Assembly (NCBI GenBank): GCA_900767605.1
Contig: CAAFZT010000010.1
Coordinates: forward strand, 171-64,170
Length of the DNA stretch: 64,000 nt
DNA from: Bacilli bacterium
GTDB lineage: Bacteria; Bacillota_I; Bacilli_A; RFN20; CAG-826
Direction of reading: 5' to 3'
Shown here: in pieces, positions 53,158-63,680 of the stretch
Layout: each line of letters starts with the position of its first letter
How positions within the stretch are numbered: the stretch's first letter is position 1
Made by a program: the position numbers and the translations under genes
Notes under the pieces: model-generated
Databases searched by the model: none
Told to the model about the DNA's origin: nothing
The model's input: the letters and a program-made list of their open reading frames with translations, nothing else

Positions 53158-55264
53158 AGACTGCTACCTCCTGCTTTGCGCTTAAGCCACGGCAAGAAAC
53201 GGATACGCTTAATGGGCCGGGCTGGTTCGCCTTGACGTAAAAGCCATAGGTTCCTCCGTTTAAGGCGACAATACGTGGGCCGATTAAGGTTCCGTTATTC
53301 ACGGTTATTTCTAGGATATCCGTGGAACGAACTAAAGGGTTGCCCGCTTGGTCTAATAGTTGGACTCCAAAATAAACCGCATCATCGTCCGCGATTTGTT
53401 TGGAAGAAGGGGCTAAGGACAAAGAAGTGGGGAGAGGATCCGCCAAGAGGGTTTTGGAAATCACGGGATTTCCATCCACGTACCCCGTGATTTTGGCATT
53501 CTTCCAATCTAAGCCCCACGCCCCATGCAAACTATCGATACGGAAAATGGGGTGGGGGAGAGAGGCAAATCGTGGGTCACCTTGATTCAAATAGATGCTT
53601 GGCTGCCCTTCCATTTCAAATAGAACAGCGTCGCAGTTGGTGAAGATGTATAACGGGGTGACGCCACCGTAATTCCGTTCCCCAAAAGCCCAAGAAGAGG
53701 AACAATCTAAGAATAACCCCCTGCTTCGGTCTCGCTGGCCTTTATAAAAGGATGTGGCCATTTTGTCCTGACGGAAGATATCACATACCCCGTGATAGCA
53801 AATCTTATCGCCGGAACCAAAAGTATGGTGGGTGTTGTAATCAAAAGCACACCACCCACTGGCCCCGATAAAGCCTTTCTTTTCATGGACGGCAGAATGA
53901 ATCAAGGCATGACGCAAGGTTTGTTCCAATTCCCGTCCTTCGTTATCTGTTTTTCTCGTGGGATAAGTATGTCCCCCAAATTCGGTGATGAGGATAGGAG
54001 CATCTACGTTATCGGGCAAGACGTCTATGGGTTCTTCGACGGGCTTATCCATGGAGAAGGAAAAGTCGTTCCAAGAATAGACGTCTTCTAATAATTCGCT
54101 TTTCTTAAAGCAACGGACGCCTGCTCTTAATCGACTGGGATCCATCTTTTTAGCTAGTTCGTTATTCTGAACATAGAAGTCATGACAATCTGGGCTTTCG
54201 TTAATACGGACGCCCCAAAAAACGATACAGGGGTGGTTATAATCCCGCTGAATCATCTTTTGAAGATAAGTGGTCCCCCGATTTTGCCAGGACTCGCCCC
54301 CTAGATGCTGCCATCCGGGAATTTCTTCGAGAACGACTAAGCCAAGCCGATCGCATTCGTTTAAGAAGGCTTCGGACATGGGATAATGGGATAAACGAAC
54401 AAAGTTAAGACCTAATTCATATAGCTTCTGGGCATCGTAACGTTCCATCCCTTCCGTCGATGCGTAACCGATATAGGGGTAGGATTGATGACGGTTTAAG
54501 CCAAAGAGTTTGATGGGCTTGCCGTTGATGCATAGTTCCTTGTCTTTTAATTCGATGATGCGGAAACCATATTCCAAAGACATCTCTCTTCCTAAAAAAG
54601 AAAGGGATACGCGATAGAGATTGGGTTCTTTGGGAGACCATAAATGAAGGGAGGGGAAGGTAACAATCGTCTCCGGGGACGTTAAATGAAAGGTATAGGT
54701 TTCGTCTTGAAACGAGAAGGTGGCATCGACGCTTATGGGGGCTTCACCTACTTTATCCAGTTCGATTTTAGCTTGGTTATCCCCCAAATAAGTGATGCGG
54801 ACTCCTTCTAAATATGTAGAAGGAACGATTTCCAAATGGCTTTTTCGGTACAAACCCCCAAAACAAAGATAATCGAGCAATCCTCCAAAAGGAGGGGTAC
54901 TGGGATCCTCTTTGCTATTCAGGATGACTTCCAAGACATTTTCCCCGTCTTGGACAAAAGGGGTGACGTCTACCCGTTCCCCGGTATATCCATAGACGGA
55001 AGAGAGGCAGGGAGAGCCATTCAAAAAGGCTTCGATTCGATTCCCAAATCCTTCAAAAGACAAAAGGAAACGTTGTTCCCCTTTGCTTGGGATCTGGAAG
55101 CGTTTTCTGTACGTGGAAACGAATTGGAAATCCTTTTCGTCAAAATAAGACAAGGGAAGCAAAACATTGCTATGGGGCAAATCGACTTGGGAGAAGACAC
55201 ATGAATCCGTTCTTGCGTCTCCTTTGGCGAATTCCCATCCGCGGTTCCAATTGGAATAAAACAT
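53138..55264 (-). CDS. GH2 glycosidase, cytoplasmic
   Basis: Has NFVRLSHYP, HPCIVFWGVRINES and ITEFGGH, with N-terminal sugar-binding and Ig-like regions. Confidence 0.8.
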   Translation of the reverse strand: MFYSNWNRGWEFAKGDARTDSCVFSQVDLPHSNVLLPLSYFDEKDFQFVSTYRKRFQIPSKGEQRFLLSFEGFGNRIEAFLNGSPCLSSVYGYTGERVDVTPFVQDGENVLEVILNSKEDPSTPPFGGLLDYLCFGGLYRKSHLEIVPSTYLEGVRITYLGDNQAKIELDKVGEAPISVDATFSFQDETYTFHLTSPETIVTFPSLHLWSPKEPNLYRVSLSFLGREMSLEYGFRIIELKDKELCINGKPIKLFGLNRHQSYPYIGYASTEGMERYDAQKLYELGLNFVRLSHYPMSEAFLNECDRLGLVVLEEIPGWQHLGGESWQNRGTTYLQKMIQRDYNHPCIVFWGVRINESPDCHDFYVQNNELAKKMDPSRLRAGVRCFKKSELLEDVYSWNDFSFSMDKPVEEPIDVLPDNVDAPILITEFGGHTYPTRKTDNEGRELEQTLRHALIHSAVHEKKGFIGASGWCAFDYNTHHTFGSGDKICYHGVCDIFRQDKMATSFYKGQRDRSRGLFLDCSSSWAFGERNYGGVTPLYIFTNCDAVLFEMEGQPSIYLNQGDPRFASLPHPIFRIDSLHGAWGLDWKNAKITGYVDGNPVISKTLLADPLPTSLSLAPSSKQIADDDAVYFGVQLLDQAGNPLVRSTDILEITVNNGTLIGPRIVALNGGTYGFYVKANQPGPLSVSVSCRGLSAKQEVAVYAKNSI

Positions 55265-55266
55265 GA

Positions 55267-56475
55267 TTAGGCTATTTTATCTTGATAGAGGGTCAAAGAA
55301 CCAGTTCCACCTGCTACCTCTTGGTATTTGTAAGCAGAAGTTTTCGGCGCGGCCAAAGTCGGATTTTCATTCTCCACCCCGTGACTTTTGGGGTCGGTAA
55401 ATAAACCAAAGGTCTTTTCGCTAGAACTGCCCCAAGTAGAATCCAAGGCATCGTACATCCGGAAATAATGGACGCTTTCTAGATAAGGGAGTTCCTCTTT
55501 GCAAAGGGTATATAAGGCCGGAACAAACTCGGCGATGCGTTTGGCGGAGACGTCTGCTTCGGAAAATCCCATTTCGGTGAAGAACACCTTTTTGTCTTTC
55601 TTCTCATTTTGTTTGATAACGTCATAGATGCCGTCATTGGTTTCTAAGAAGAGCTTCCGGTTGAAATTTGGCATATAGGGATGCCAACAGGCAATCTGGA
55701 AATAATCGTCGGGGTAGGTACTGCCAAAATCTCCAGAAGCGATATTGTCGTAGATATGCTGGAGGAAGGTTTCGGCCCCGGAAAGAACGAGTCCCCCTAA
55801 TATCGTTTTGGCGTTGGGGTTTGCACGGTGGATGCCTCTTGAAGCGTAATAAAGCATATCCGTATAGATGTCGGCCTTTTCCCGCAAGGAGAAATTGCCC
55901 CCTTCTAAACGCGGGAAGAAGACGTCGTTATTATCTTCGTTATCAATTTCCCAGTATTCGATTTCTGGGAACGCGGAGACAAGATTGAACCACGTGGTTT
56001 CATAATCGGCGAGCCATTCGAGGTAGTAACTGCCCTCACTCATGTCGCGACTGGGTTTTGCGGTGGTCGAGGAGGAATTCTTATAACCGGCTTTATGGAA
56101 ATTGGAATGGTTCATTCCGATGATTTGCCGTCCTGCTTGGACGTGGCTCGATACGATTTGCTTGGCTAAATCGAGCCCCTTTTGGTTATAGGTCGTGGAA
56201 TTGGACATGACCCAGTTGCAGTGCAGCCAGACGCGAACGCTACTAACGCCCAGGCTATTCATGAGCGCATGGGTTTGTTGCCAATCAATCTCGGTCCAGG
56301 ATTTCTCGCTCCACGACAAATCCCCCATCCCGAAGATGAATTTCTTATCTACGACTGCATTCTTCGGATCGTAGTAATCTCCGTAATCCATGGAAGAAGT
56401 TCCTCCGGCATTCGTGCCGCAAGCGCATAAAGCGGTTAAACAAGCAATCCCCAGCAAAGCATTTTTGAATTTCAT
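55267..56475 (-). CDS. TIM-barrel glycoside hydrolase lipoprotein (clan GH-A-like, GH5-like)
   Basis: Has the lipobox LTALCACG, WEIDNEDN (acid/base-like) and FFTEMGF (nucleophile-like). The family call is uncertain. Confidence 0.5.
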   Translation of the reverse strand: MKFKNALLGIACLTALCACGTNAGGTSSMDYGDYYDPKNAVVDKKFIFGMGDLSWSEKSWTEIDWQQTHALMNSLGVSSVRVWLHCNWVMSNSTTYNQKGLDLAKQIVSSHVQAGRQIIGMNHSNFHKAGYKNSSSTTAKPSRDMSEGSYYLEWLADYETTWFNLVSAFPEIEYWEIDNEDNNDVFFPRLEGGNFSLREKADIYTDMLYYASRGIHRANPNAKTILGGLVLSGAETFLQHIYDNIASGDFGSTYPDDYFQIACWHPYMPNFNRKLFLETNDGIYDVIKQNEKKDKKVFFTEMGFSEADVSAKRIAEFVPALYTLCKEELPYLESVHYFRMYDALDSTWGSSSEKTFGLFTDPKSHGVENENPTLAAPKTSAYKYQEVAGGTGSLTLYQDKIA

Positions 56476-58118
56476 TGGATAATCCCCGCTTTCTTGGCTA
56501 ATTCCTCCAACATGCGTTGGATGTTCTTATAGTCGTAGGAAGATTGGTTCACTTGATTCATCAAGCCGTCCCAATCGGTAGTTAGGTTCTTTTTGCCCAT
56601 GATCGCGTTGATGGCAAAGATGTTGGAAGCGTCCTCCACTTTCTTCATTTTGTTCGTGTAAGAGCTGTAATAGCCCGTGACGTTATAAAGACGGCTGCGA
56701 ACGACTGTATTGTTCTTTAAACCTTGTTCAATCAGGTCTTTGTAATTCGCGTCCAATCCATTCGGGTCGCGACGGACTTGGAAATGCAAGGCGCTATCCC
56801 AATCGATATCGCTGCCAAAAACGCCAGTGCCCATTTTGTAATAGCCCGTCGGCATGGAATCCCCGTCTTCGTTTTTGGTTTGGTAGAATGTTCCCGTAGG
56901 TTCTTCGTTTCTTCTTTCTAGGTTCGGGATGTAATTCCCGTCGCCATCGATGGAATAATGCTGATCCTTGATGCCATAGGAACGTAATTTGCTGCCTTCG
57001 GGGGAATAGAGGTAATTGAATAGGCGCATCGCTGCATGGGGGTTCTTGCAGAGCTTGGAAATGGAGAATCCACCCCAATATCCGCCCCAGCTAGAGAATC
57101 CGCCGGCCCCTTCTACCCCAAGGTTTTTGGTGCCAATCGGGGCTTTGCCAAGAATCAATTTTCCTTTGCCGTTTGCATTCTCAAAGGAATTGGCAATCCA
57201 ACTCACGTGCATCTCCGCGTTGGTGATGAGAATGCCCGTCGTGCCACTATAGAACTTATCGCGGTCTTGCTCGTTGTTGTTCACGGCGAATTGGGGATCG
57301 ATATACCCCTTCGCGTACATGTCTTGAGCCCAGGCTAAGAAGTTCTTGAATTCAGGGGTTAAGAACATATATTCGCCCTTATCGTTACGATCTAAATCAT
57401 AGTCGGGGGTCACTCCGAAAGCGTGGTACAAGGGATTCATGTAGAAGGCTTTGCCAAATGGAGAAATGCCATAGGTGTTGTTCTTGCCGTCCCCATCCGG
57501 ATCATTCAACGTAAATTTCATGAGCACGTCTTGGAATTCTTCAATCGTCTCGGGGGTCTTTGCCGTTTTGACTCCATTGGCCTCGGTGTAATAACCGATA
57601 TTAATGAGCCAATCCGCCCGATAATAAATGCCCCAGCCGGATTCGCTAGAAAGATAGGGCAATAACGTATGGGCATTATTCCCAAACGTGAGGTTTTTGA
57701 ATTGATCACTTTGCAGGATGGCTTCGATATAGGGGTATTCGCCTGGTTTTTCGGCGAGCAATTCATCGATGTTCCAAATGATTTCTTGGTCCACCCAGTT
57801 GTTGTAGCTATTGCCCGCGTTATTGGGGACGGCAAAAATCACATCGGGAATCGAACCTGTGTTAATCATGGGGTTTAGGGTCGTGTAATAATCGCTATTA
57901 TGGGTCGCGCCGCGAATCGCCATTTTAACACCGGTGTCCTCTTCAATTTTCTTCCAAATCGAGTCGCGTTTTAATCCATCGAAATTGTTGCCGCCATTTA
58001 AAAACATATCAAGGGTTGTTACCCCATCTTCATCTGGAGTGGTACCCCCTCCACAGGAAGTGAGACTAAGCGGGGCTAGGCATAAGAGGCCTAAGAATAA
58101 TTGGGCGGATTTTTTCAT
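56472..58118 (-). CDS. large ABC transporter sugar-binding lipoprotein (LplA-like)
   Basis: Start trimmed to MKKSAQLFLGLLCLAPLSLTSCGGG. An ATGA overlap links it to the upstream gene. Confidence 0.8.
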   Translation of the reverse strand: MKKSAQLFLGLLCLAPLSLTSCGGGTTPDEDGVTTLDMFLNGGNNFDGLKRDSIWKKIEEDTGVKMAIRGATHNSDYYTTLNPMINTGSIPDVIFAVPNNAGNSYNNWVDQEIIWNIDELLAEKPGEYPYIEAILQSDQFKNLTFGNNAHTLLPYLSSESGWGIYYRADWLINIGYYTEANGVKTAKTPETIEEFQDVLMKFTLNDPDGDGKNNTYGISPFGKAFYMNPLYHAFGVTPDYDLDRNDKGEYMFLTPEFKNFLAWAQDMYAKGYIDPQFAVNNNEQDRDKFYSGTTGILITNAEMHVSWIANSFENANGKGKLILGKAPIGTKNLGVEGAGGFSSWGGYWGGFSISKLCKNPHAAMRLFNYLYSPEGSKLRSYGIKDQHYSIDGDGNYIPNLERRNEEPTGTFYQTKNEDGDSMPTGYYKMGTGVFGSDIDWDSALHFQVRRDPNGLDANYKDLIEQGLKNNTVVRSRLYNVTGYYSSYTNKMKKVEDASNIFAINAIMGKKNLTTDWDGLMNQVNQSSYDYKNIQRMLEELAKKAGIIQ

Positions 58119-59065
58119 TGTTTTGCTCCTTTTTCGATCATTTGGCAAATCTGAGTTTGAAAGGCATCGACATCAACCTTGGATGCCACGCGGCATAAAG
58201 GATAGCCGTTAGACATCCTATCTACATAGAGGGGTCCCCTTAAATCTTCAATCGGCAAGGTTAATCCCGTGGTGAACCCGCTTTGATCCACGCATACATG
58301 GATATGACGGGTGATGAATTCTAGAATGCTTGGCTCCACGATGCTCATCGCGGCAAGAGGATCGTGCAATGTCATGATTCGCGTGGGGTTCGCCTTTTGC
58401 CATAATTCGATGCAGTGGTTCCGGTACTGGCCATAGGGGGTATGGTCTAAATGGAACACGTCTTGGCTATTTTTGCTAAAGGTGGTTTTCTCCGTGACGT
58501 CGACTCCAACGGCAACCAAGTCGAGAGCTTTGGCAAAGACTTTTTCCGCGGCGAGATAGTCGCATTCGATGTTCCATTCTACAAACGGGCGGAAGAAGCA
58601 CCCGCCCATGATATGGAGATGGACTTGCTTTAATGCCTCTTCGTCTTTTTCGATGGCTTTGGCGATATTCGTTAAAGGGCCAATGCCTAATATCGTTAAC
58701 TGATCCCCATATTTCCTCGCGGCATTCACGATGAAGTCGATGGCCTCCTCTTCGTGCCCGGGTTGGTTTAACGGGGAATATTCTTCTTTGTTTAAGTCCT
58801 TTTCGGCTTGGCAAAAGACTTCGTCTAAATGGATATTGTGGAAGGAGCCTAGAGGAGTTCCGTATCCGGCATAGACGGGGATATCGGGTTTGCCCAATAG
58901 GCTTAAGACCTTTTTAACCATCCTGGCCCGGAGAAAGGAATTCATCCAAACTGTGGTGACGCCAATTAGTTCTGCGTCAGGGCGTTTTGCTAGATATTCG
59001 AGGGCAACGAGGTCATCGATATCATCGCCGATATCGGTGTCGATTATGATTTTCTTTTGAAGCAT
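58115..59065 (-). CDS. nucleoside hydrolase (IUNH) family protein
   Basis: Has the N-terminal motif IIDTDIGDDIDDLVAL (DxDxxxDD). Confidence 0.8.
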   Translation of the reverse strand: MLQKKIIIDTDIGDDIDDLVALEYLAKRPDAELIGVTTVWMNSFLRARMVKKVLSLLGKPDIPVYAGYGTPLGSFHNIHLDEVFCQAEKDLNKEEYSPLNQPGHEEEAIDFIVNAARKYGDQLTILGIGPLTNIAKAIEKDEEALKQVHLHIMGGCFFRPFVEWNIECDYLAAEKVFAKALDLVAVGVDVTEKTTFSKNSQDVFHLDHTPYGQYRNHCIELWQKANPTRIMTLHDPLAAMSIVEPSILEFITRHIHVCVDQSGFTTGLTLPIEDLRGPLYVDRMSNGYPLCRVASKVDVDAFQTQICQMIEKGAKQ

Positions 59066-59067
59066 GT

Positions 59068-59970
59068 TTAGCCTTTCACGGATCCAAGAAGGACCCCTTT
59101 GACGAAGTGTTTTTGAACGAAGGGATAGACAAGAATGATGGGGAGGACGGAGATGACAATCGCCGCCATTTTGACGCTAGTGGCCATCGCCATGACATCG
59201 GGGTCGACCACGCCTTCTCCCGCAGTGCTTGTGATGAGGATATTTCGCAAGAACTGCTGAACCATCCATAGGTCTTTCCGATTTTGCATATACAAAACGC
59301 CGGTCATCCAGTCGTTCCATTTCCCTACGGCTACCCAGAGGGCAATCGTTGCCACGATCGGCCCGCTCAACGGGAAGACGATTTGGAAAACGATGCGCGT
59401 TTCGCTTGCCCCGTCTACCCGAGCGGAGTCGAAGACTTCCTCGGGGATGCCTTTGATAAAATTGCGGGCGATGATGATGTTGAAGGGGCTTACTAGTCCA
59501 ACCAGGATATAGACGAGAGGATTGTTCTTTAATCCTAACTGGGTGATTACGAGGTAATACGGTATTAATCCCCCGCTGAATAGCATCGAAATCACGAGGA
59601 AGATCAAGACGGCGTTCCGCCCCTTGAATTCTTTTCTAGACAAGGGATAGGCCGATAACATGGTGATTAAGACGGCCAAGACGGTATAAACGAGCGTAAT
59701 TCCAATGGAGAGAAGGAAGGATTGGCCTAGTCCATCGTTATTAAGAATGATGAAATAGCTTTCTAACGAGAGCTTGGTCGCGGGATTGCCGTCGGGTTTG
59801 AGGTATTGAACGATGAGGGATTCCTTTAAGACGTAATAGAAGGGGTAAAGGAAGGCGGCAAAGAGAAGGAGGAACAAGAGGTAATTCAAGCAATGGAATA
59901 CAATGTCCCCCGGGGTTTTACCAAAACAACGGGCAAAGAAACTGCGAACGGGATGTTTGCTTTTTACCAT
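59068..59970 (-). CDS. carbohydrate ABC transporter permease (LplC-like)
   Basis: Has the EAA loop FDSARVDGASETRIVFQIVFP. Confidence 0.85.
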   Translation of the reverse strand: MVKSKHPVRSFFARCFGKTPGDIVFHCLNYLLFLLLFAAFLYPFYYVLKESLIVQYLKPDGNPATKLSLESYFIILNNDGLGQSFLLSIGITLVYTVLAVLITMLSAYPLSRKEFKGRNAVLIFLVISMLFSGGLIPYYLVITQLGLKNNPLVYILVGLVSPFNIIIARNFIKGIPEEVFDSARVDGASETRIVFQIVFPLSGPIVATIALWVAVGKWNDWMTGVLYMQNRKDLWMVQQFLRNILITSTAGEGVVDPDVMAMATSVKMAAIVISVLPIILVYPFVQKHFVKGVLLGSVKG

Positions 59971-60938
59971 ATGGAATCCCCTCCGATTAATTTGATGAGT
60001 TTGTTGGCGATTAAAACCAAAACCAACGAGATGACGGAATTGAATAACCCCATGGCTGCAGCCAAATCGTATTGGCCTTCTTGAATGCCGATACGGAACA
60101 AGTAGGTTTCGATGATATCGCCTTTGCCTAGAACCGTATCGTTATAGAGGTTATAGATTTGATCGAATCCCCCATGGATGATGTTGCTCGCGGTGAGAAT
60201 CAAGTTGACGCTGATCGCGGGAACCATGCCGGGAAGAGTAATGGAACATATCTTTTGGAATCTTGATGCCCCATCAATGGAAGCGGCTTCATAGAGTTCC
60301 TTGGAAATCGAGGCTACCGCGGCAAAGTAGATAATCGTGGCCCATCCTGCTTCTTTCCAGATGTCGCTAACAATCACAATACCTAAGAAGAAGTTATCGT
60401 CGGTGAAGAAGGGTAGCTCCTTTCCAAAGATGCTTTTCATCGCTTCTTGGAAGGCGCTTTGAGAAGAAGTAAGGGAAGTAAGAATCCCTGCAATGACGAC
60501 CCAGCTAATGAAATGGGGGAGATAGGAGACGACTTGAAATCCTTTGGAGAATCGCCTCGACCCCATTTCATTGAGCAAGATGGTCATGAGGATGGGGATG
60601 GGGAATCCGAAGAGGATCCGTAATCCCGATATCCGCAGGGTATTGATCAATTTACCTACGAAATCGGGATCCCCGAATAATGTTTTGAAGTGTTTGAATA
60701 AATCCAAGGAACCATTCGTGCTGGCCCAAGGGCTGCCCCAGATGCCGCCTAAAATCCTCCAATCCTTGAAGGCGATAACAATACCAAGCATCGGATAATA
60801 GGAGAAGATGAGCTGGTAAATGATCATCGGGAGAAGCATCGCGTAGAGCGGCCAGCTGCGTTTAAAGTAGCTAGCCCACTTATTCGGACGCTTGGGCGTA
60901 AGGGAGGCCGGAGTTGTTAAGGTTCCTTGGGCTGCCAT
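59964..60938 (-). CDS. carbohydrate ABC transporter permease (LplB-like)
   Basis: Has the EAA loop YEAASIDGASRFQKICSITLP. Confidence 0.85.
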   Translation of the reverse strand: MAAQGTLTTPASLTPKRPNKWASYFKRSWPLYAMLLPMIIYQLIFSYYPMLGIVIAFKDWRILGGIWGSPWASTNGSLDLFKHFKTLFGDPDFVGKLINTLRISGLRILFGFPIPILMTILLNEMGSRRFSKGFQVVSYLPHFISWVVIAGILTSLTSSQSAFQEAMKSIFGKELPFFTDDNFFLGIVIVSDIWKEAGWATIIYFAAVASISKELYEAASIDGASRFQKICSITLPGMVPAISVNLILTASNIIHGGFDQIYNLYNDTVLGKGDIIETYLFRIGIQEGQYDLAAAMGLFNSVISLVLVLIANKLIKLIGGDSIW

Positions 60939-63319
60939 TATTTTTCCTTCTTTTTCTTTGTGGCGATGATGATGCCGGTTGCAGCGCCTGCCACCACCGC
61001 AGCCGCGGCAACGGAGACACCAACGATTAAGCCGACGTTATTGCTCGCCTTCGGTTCCACCTTTTCGATGGCTCCGACTTTTTGCTTAAAGGCGGCAAGA
61101 GCACGGTCCATGTCCGCGGTAGTTTGGGCGGCATTTAACGCATTTTTATAGTAGGCGTACTGGCTTTCGATTTTCGCCCAGTCTTCTTCGCTATAATCCG
61201 ATTTAGAAAGGGAAGCAAAATAGGCTTCGAATTCATTCAGGACTTCGGCTTTATGAGTTTGAAGCTGTTCGGCGGTAGGAACGGCCATCATATCGGCGAT
61301 GGCTTTGTCCTTCACGGCGTTGACCTCGTCGATGGTTGCACAGGCATCAATGGCTTTGATCACCTCTTCTTTGATGGCTTGGATATCGCCCCAGTTACGG
61401 GTGGTGTAATTCTCTTCTCCGAGTTCATTAGCTTTGTCTTCTAATGCGGTGACCGCGCTGGATTTAGCAGCGGCTAAAGCACGGGCGGATTCAAAGTCCA
61501 CCGCCGTATCTTCCGAGAAGGCTTCTGTATCTACCCTTAAACTCGGCGCATAATTCAAACTGTAATAGTTGCCATCTAACGTCGTGTAATCGATGAGCAA
61601 TGCTTCGCCTTTTCTTAAGCTGATGGAATAGGCATAGGCATTGGCTTCGGTTCCTTTTTGAATGACTTTGGTATCGGTTAAGAATAAGGTTCCATCTTCA
61701 GCAAGGGCGTAGAAGCGAAGAGCACTATTGATCGCGCACCAGGCGTCTGCCCAAATCGCGGTATGGGTGAAATCGAATTTGGCGTTTTCCTTGGCGGTGA
61801 TTTTCATGATCGCATCGTCCGTAGAGCTGCACTGGAATTGCCATCTTTGGAATCCCGCGCTTTGTTTGGCGGGTCCCGACCATAACGCATCGGCCTCGGT
61901 TCCGGTTCCATCCCCTTCATGAGAAGTGAATTTTTTCATCTCCGTGACGGAGCCATAATAGAACCCATAATCGAAGAGATGATATTCGGCATCGTTATAG
62001 GAATTATTGATCGTCTTCGTTAACGCATCCCACATGTTTGTGGATTCCGTCGTGATTTTGCTTTGAGCATCATAGGTTGTTTGATCAAAGGTGCCATCGG
62101 AACTGAATTGGGGTTGGATGGCGATGTTGCGTTCATAGGCTTGATTACTACCAAATAACCAGATGGCTTTGTCGCCTGCTTTTAGCATCACTTCTCCGCC
62201 AAAAGCATTCGCGGGGTTCACTTTTTCGGTGACAGAACGTTCCCATAACGAATAGGTGTCTGCCCCCTTTTGGAAATAAAGCCCAAAGAATTGGCCTGCT
62301 TCATCAATCCAGGAATTTTCTAACGTGGCTTCATGGGTGATCGATAAACGGATATCGCGGGTTGCTTCGATAACAAAAGCGGGGAATGAAGTATCCGTGG
62401 TTTTGATTCTCCAACTGGTAACGGCTGCGGTATCGCGCCCATCAAAGGTTCCAGAAGCGGATAGTAACCCTGTTTCGTTGTCTTCGGCGAGGTTGTAATT
62501 CCCGTATTTGGTAAACCCCGTATTAAAAGTTCCCTGCAAGGCTTGAAGAGTATATCCATCTAACGTTAAGGGTTCGCCTTTTAATAAGGCTTCTTCCTTG
62601 GCAATCGTGGGGAGGGCAACGGTTTTTTCTCCGCTTAAATCGCTAGGAGTAGGAACGACCGGTGCCGGGGGTTCCACAGGGTCTGGGGTTTCAATGGCTT
62701 CCACGTTGAAACTAGGGAGTGGATCCATATTACGGGCATCGTCCCACTGGAAACGGAATTCAAAATAATAACTTTCCCCAATGGCTAAATCGCTAGAAAC
62801 GGCAAAGTCCGTCGCGGTTTCGCTTCCCGTAATGACCGTAGAAGCTTTCACGGGATTTAAAGCACCGTCAGTTCCGCCTTTATAAACCCCGAACTTCGCC
62901 CCATCAATCCATTCGGATACGCCGTTTTTATTCTCTTTGGCCATCGTGACCTTGAGGGGCTTTTTCGCGGTGAGTTTAGCGATGATGCCATCGTTTTTGG
63001 AGGTAAATAGCTTCCAATTGACGCAGTGAGCGGCATCACTATCCGCGCCCAAAGAGCCGGCCCAGCCATCTTCTTTCTTATACGTGGAGAATTCGTTGAT
63101 CGTGTTGGTCTCCAAATTACCATGCAGGACTTGTAGGTCCACGTTATCAAAATCGGTGAAGGCCTTGCCTTCTTTCATGGCGGTCCAGATGATCATGTCG
63201 CCCATTTGAATCGTAGCAGAGGAATCTGCCGCGTTAACCCCTTTCGCGTTTTGACCCATCATGACGATTGGGCCGGTTAACATGGCAGCACTTAATGCAA
63301 GCAAGAATGTCTTTTTCAT
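60938..63319 (-). CDS. large surface protein with C-terminal transmembrane anchor
   Basis: Has the signal MKKTFLLALSAAMLTGPIVMM, helical repeats near the C-terminus, and then VGLIVGVSVAAAAVVAGAATGIIIATKKKKEK. Confidence 0.6.
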   Translation of the reverse strand: MKKTFLLALSAAMLTGPIVMMGQNAKGVNAADSSATIQMGDMIIWTAMKEGKAFTDFDNVDLQVLHGNLETNTINEFSTYKKEDGWAGSLGADSDAAHCVNWKLFTSKNDGIIAKLTAKKPLKVTMAKENKNGVSEWIDGAKFGVYKGGTDGALNPVKASTVITGSETATDFAVSSDLAIGESYYFEFRFQWDDARNMDPLPSFNVEAIETPDPVEPPAPVVPTPSDLSGEKTVALPTIAKEEALLKGEPLTLDGYTLQALQGTFNTGFTKYGNYNLAEDNETGLLSASGTFDGRDTAAVTSWRIKTTDTSFPAFVIEATRDIRLSITHEATLENSWIDEAGQFFGLYFQKGADTYSLWERSVTEKVNPANAFGGEVMLKAGDKAIWLFGSNQAYERNIAIQPQFSSDGTFDQTTYDAQSKITTESTNMWDALTKTINNSYNDAEYHLFDYGFYYGSVTEMKKFTSHEGDGTGTEADALWSGPAKQSAGFQRWQFQCSSTDDAIMKITAKENAKFDFTHTAIWADAWCAINSALRFYALAEDGTLFLTDTKVIQKGTEANAYAYSISLRKGEALLIDYTTLDGNYYSLNYAPSLRVDTEAFSEDTAVDFESARALAAAKSSAVTALEDKANELGEENYTTRNWGDIQAIKEEVIKAIDACATIDEVNAVKDKAIADMMAVPTAEQLQTHKAEVLNEFEAYFASLSKSDYSEEDWAKIESQYAYYKNALNAAQTTADMDRALAAFKQKVGAIEKVEPKASNNVGLIVGVSVAAAAVVAGAATGIIIATKKKKEK

Positions 63320-63680
63320 ATTGTCCTTCCTTTTTTATAAACATTTATCGACGGATGCGGAAGTAGGCGTAAAAGGAAAATAGAGGATAATCACCCCTTT
63401 TTTTCTTTTTATCCCCGCTTCTTTCTTAAGAATGGCCAAGAAGGGAGAGACGCCTGGAAAGCTAGAATAGAAGGGCTAAAAGGGATCCTTCCTCTCGTTT
63501 TCCTTACCTGCATTATAAAAACCCATCGTTCCAGGGGAAGAGTTCCATCCCCAAGAGGGTCACTTTTTCATACAAAAAGAACTGCAAAGTCCGAAATATG
63601 ATATCAAAAGGGCTTACATTTCATGGTTTTAATTGAATTTACCCATTTTATGACATGAGGATATCTTCTAAAATAATCCC

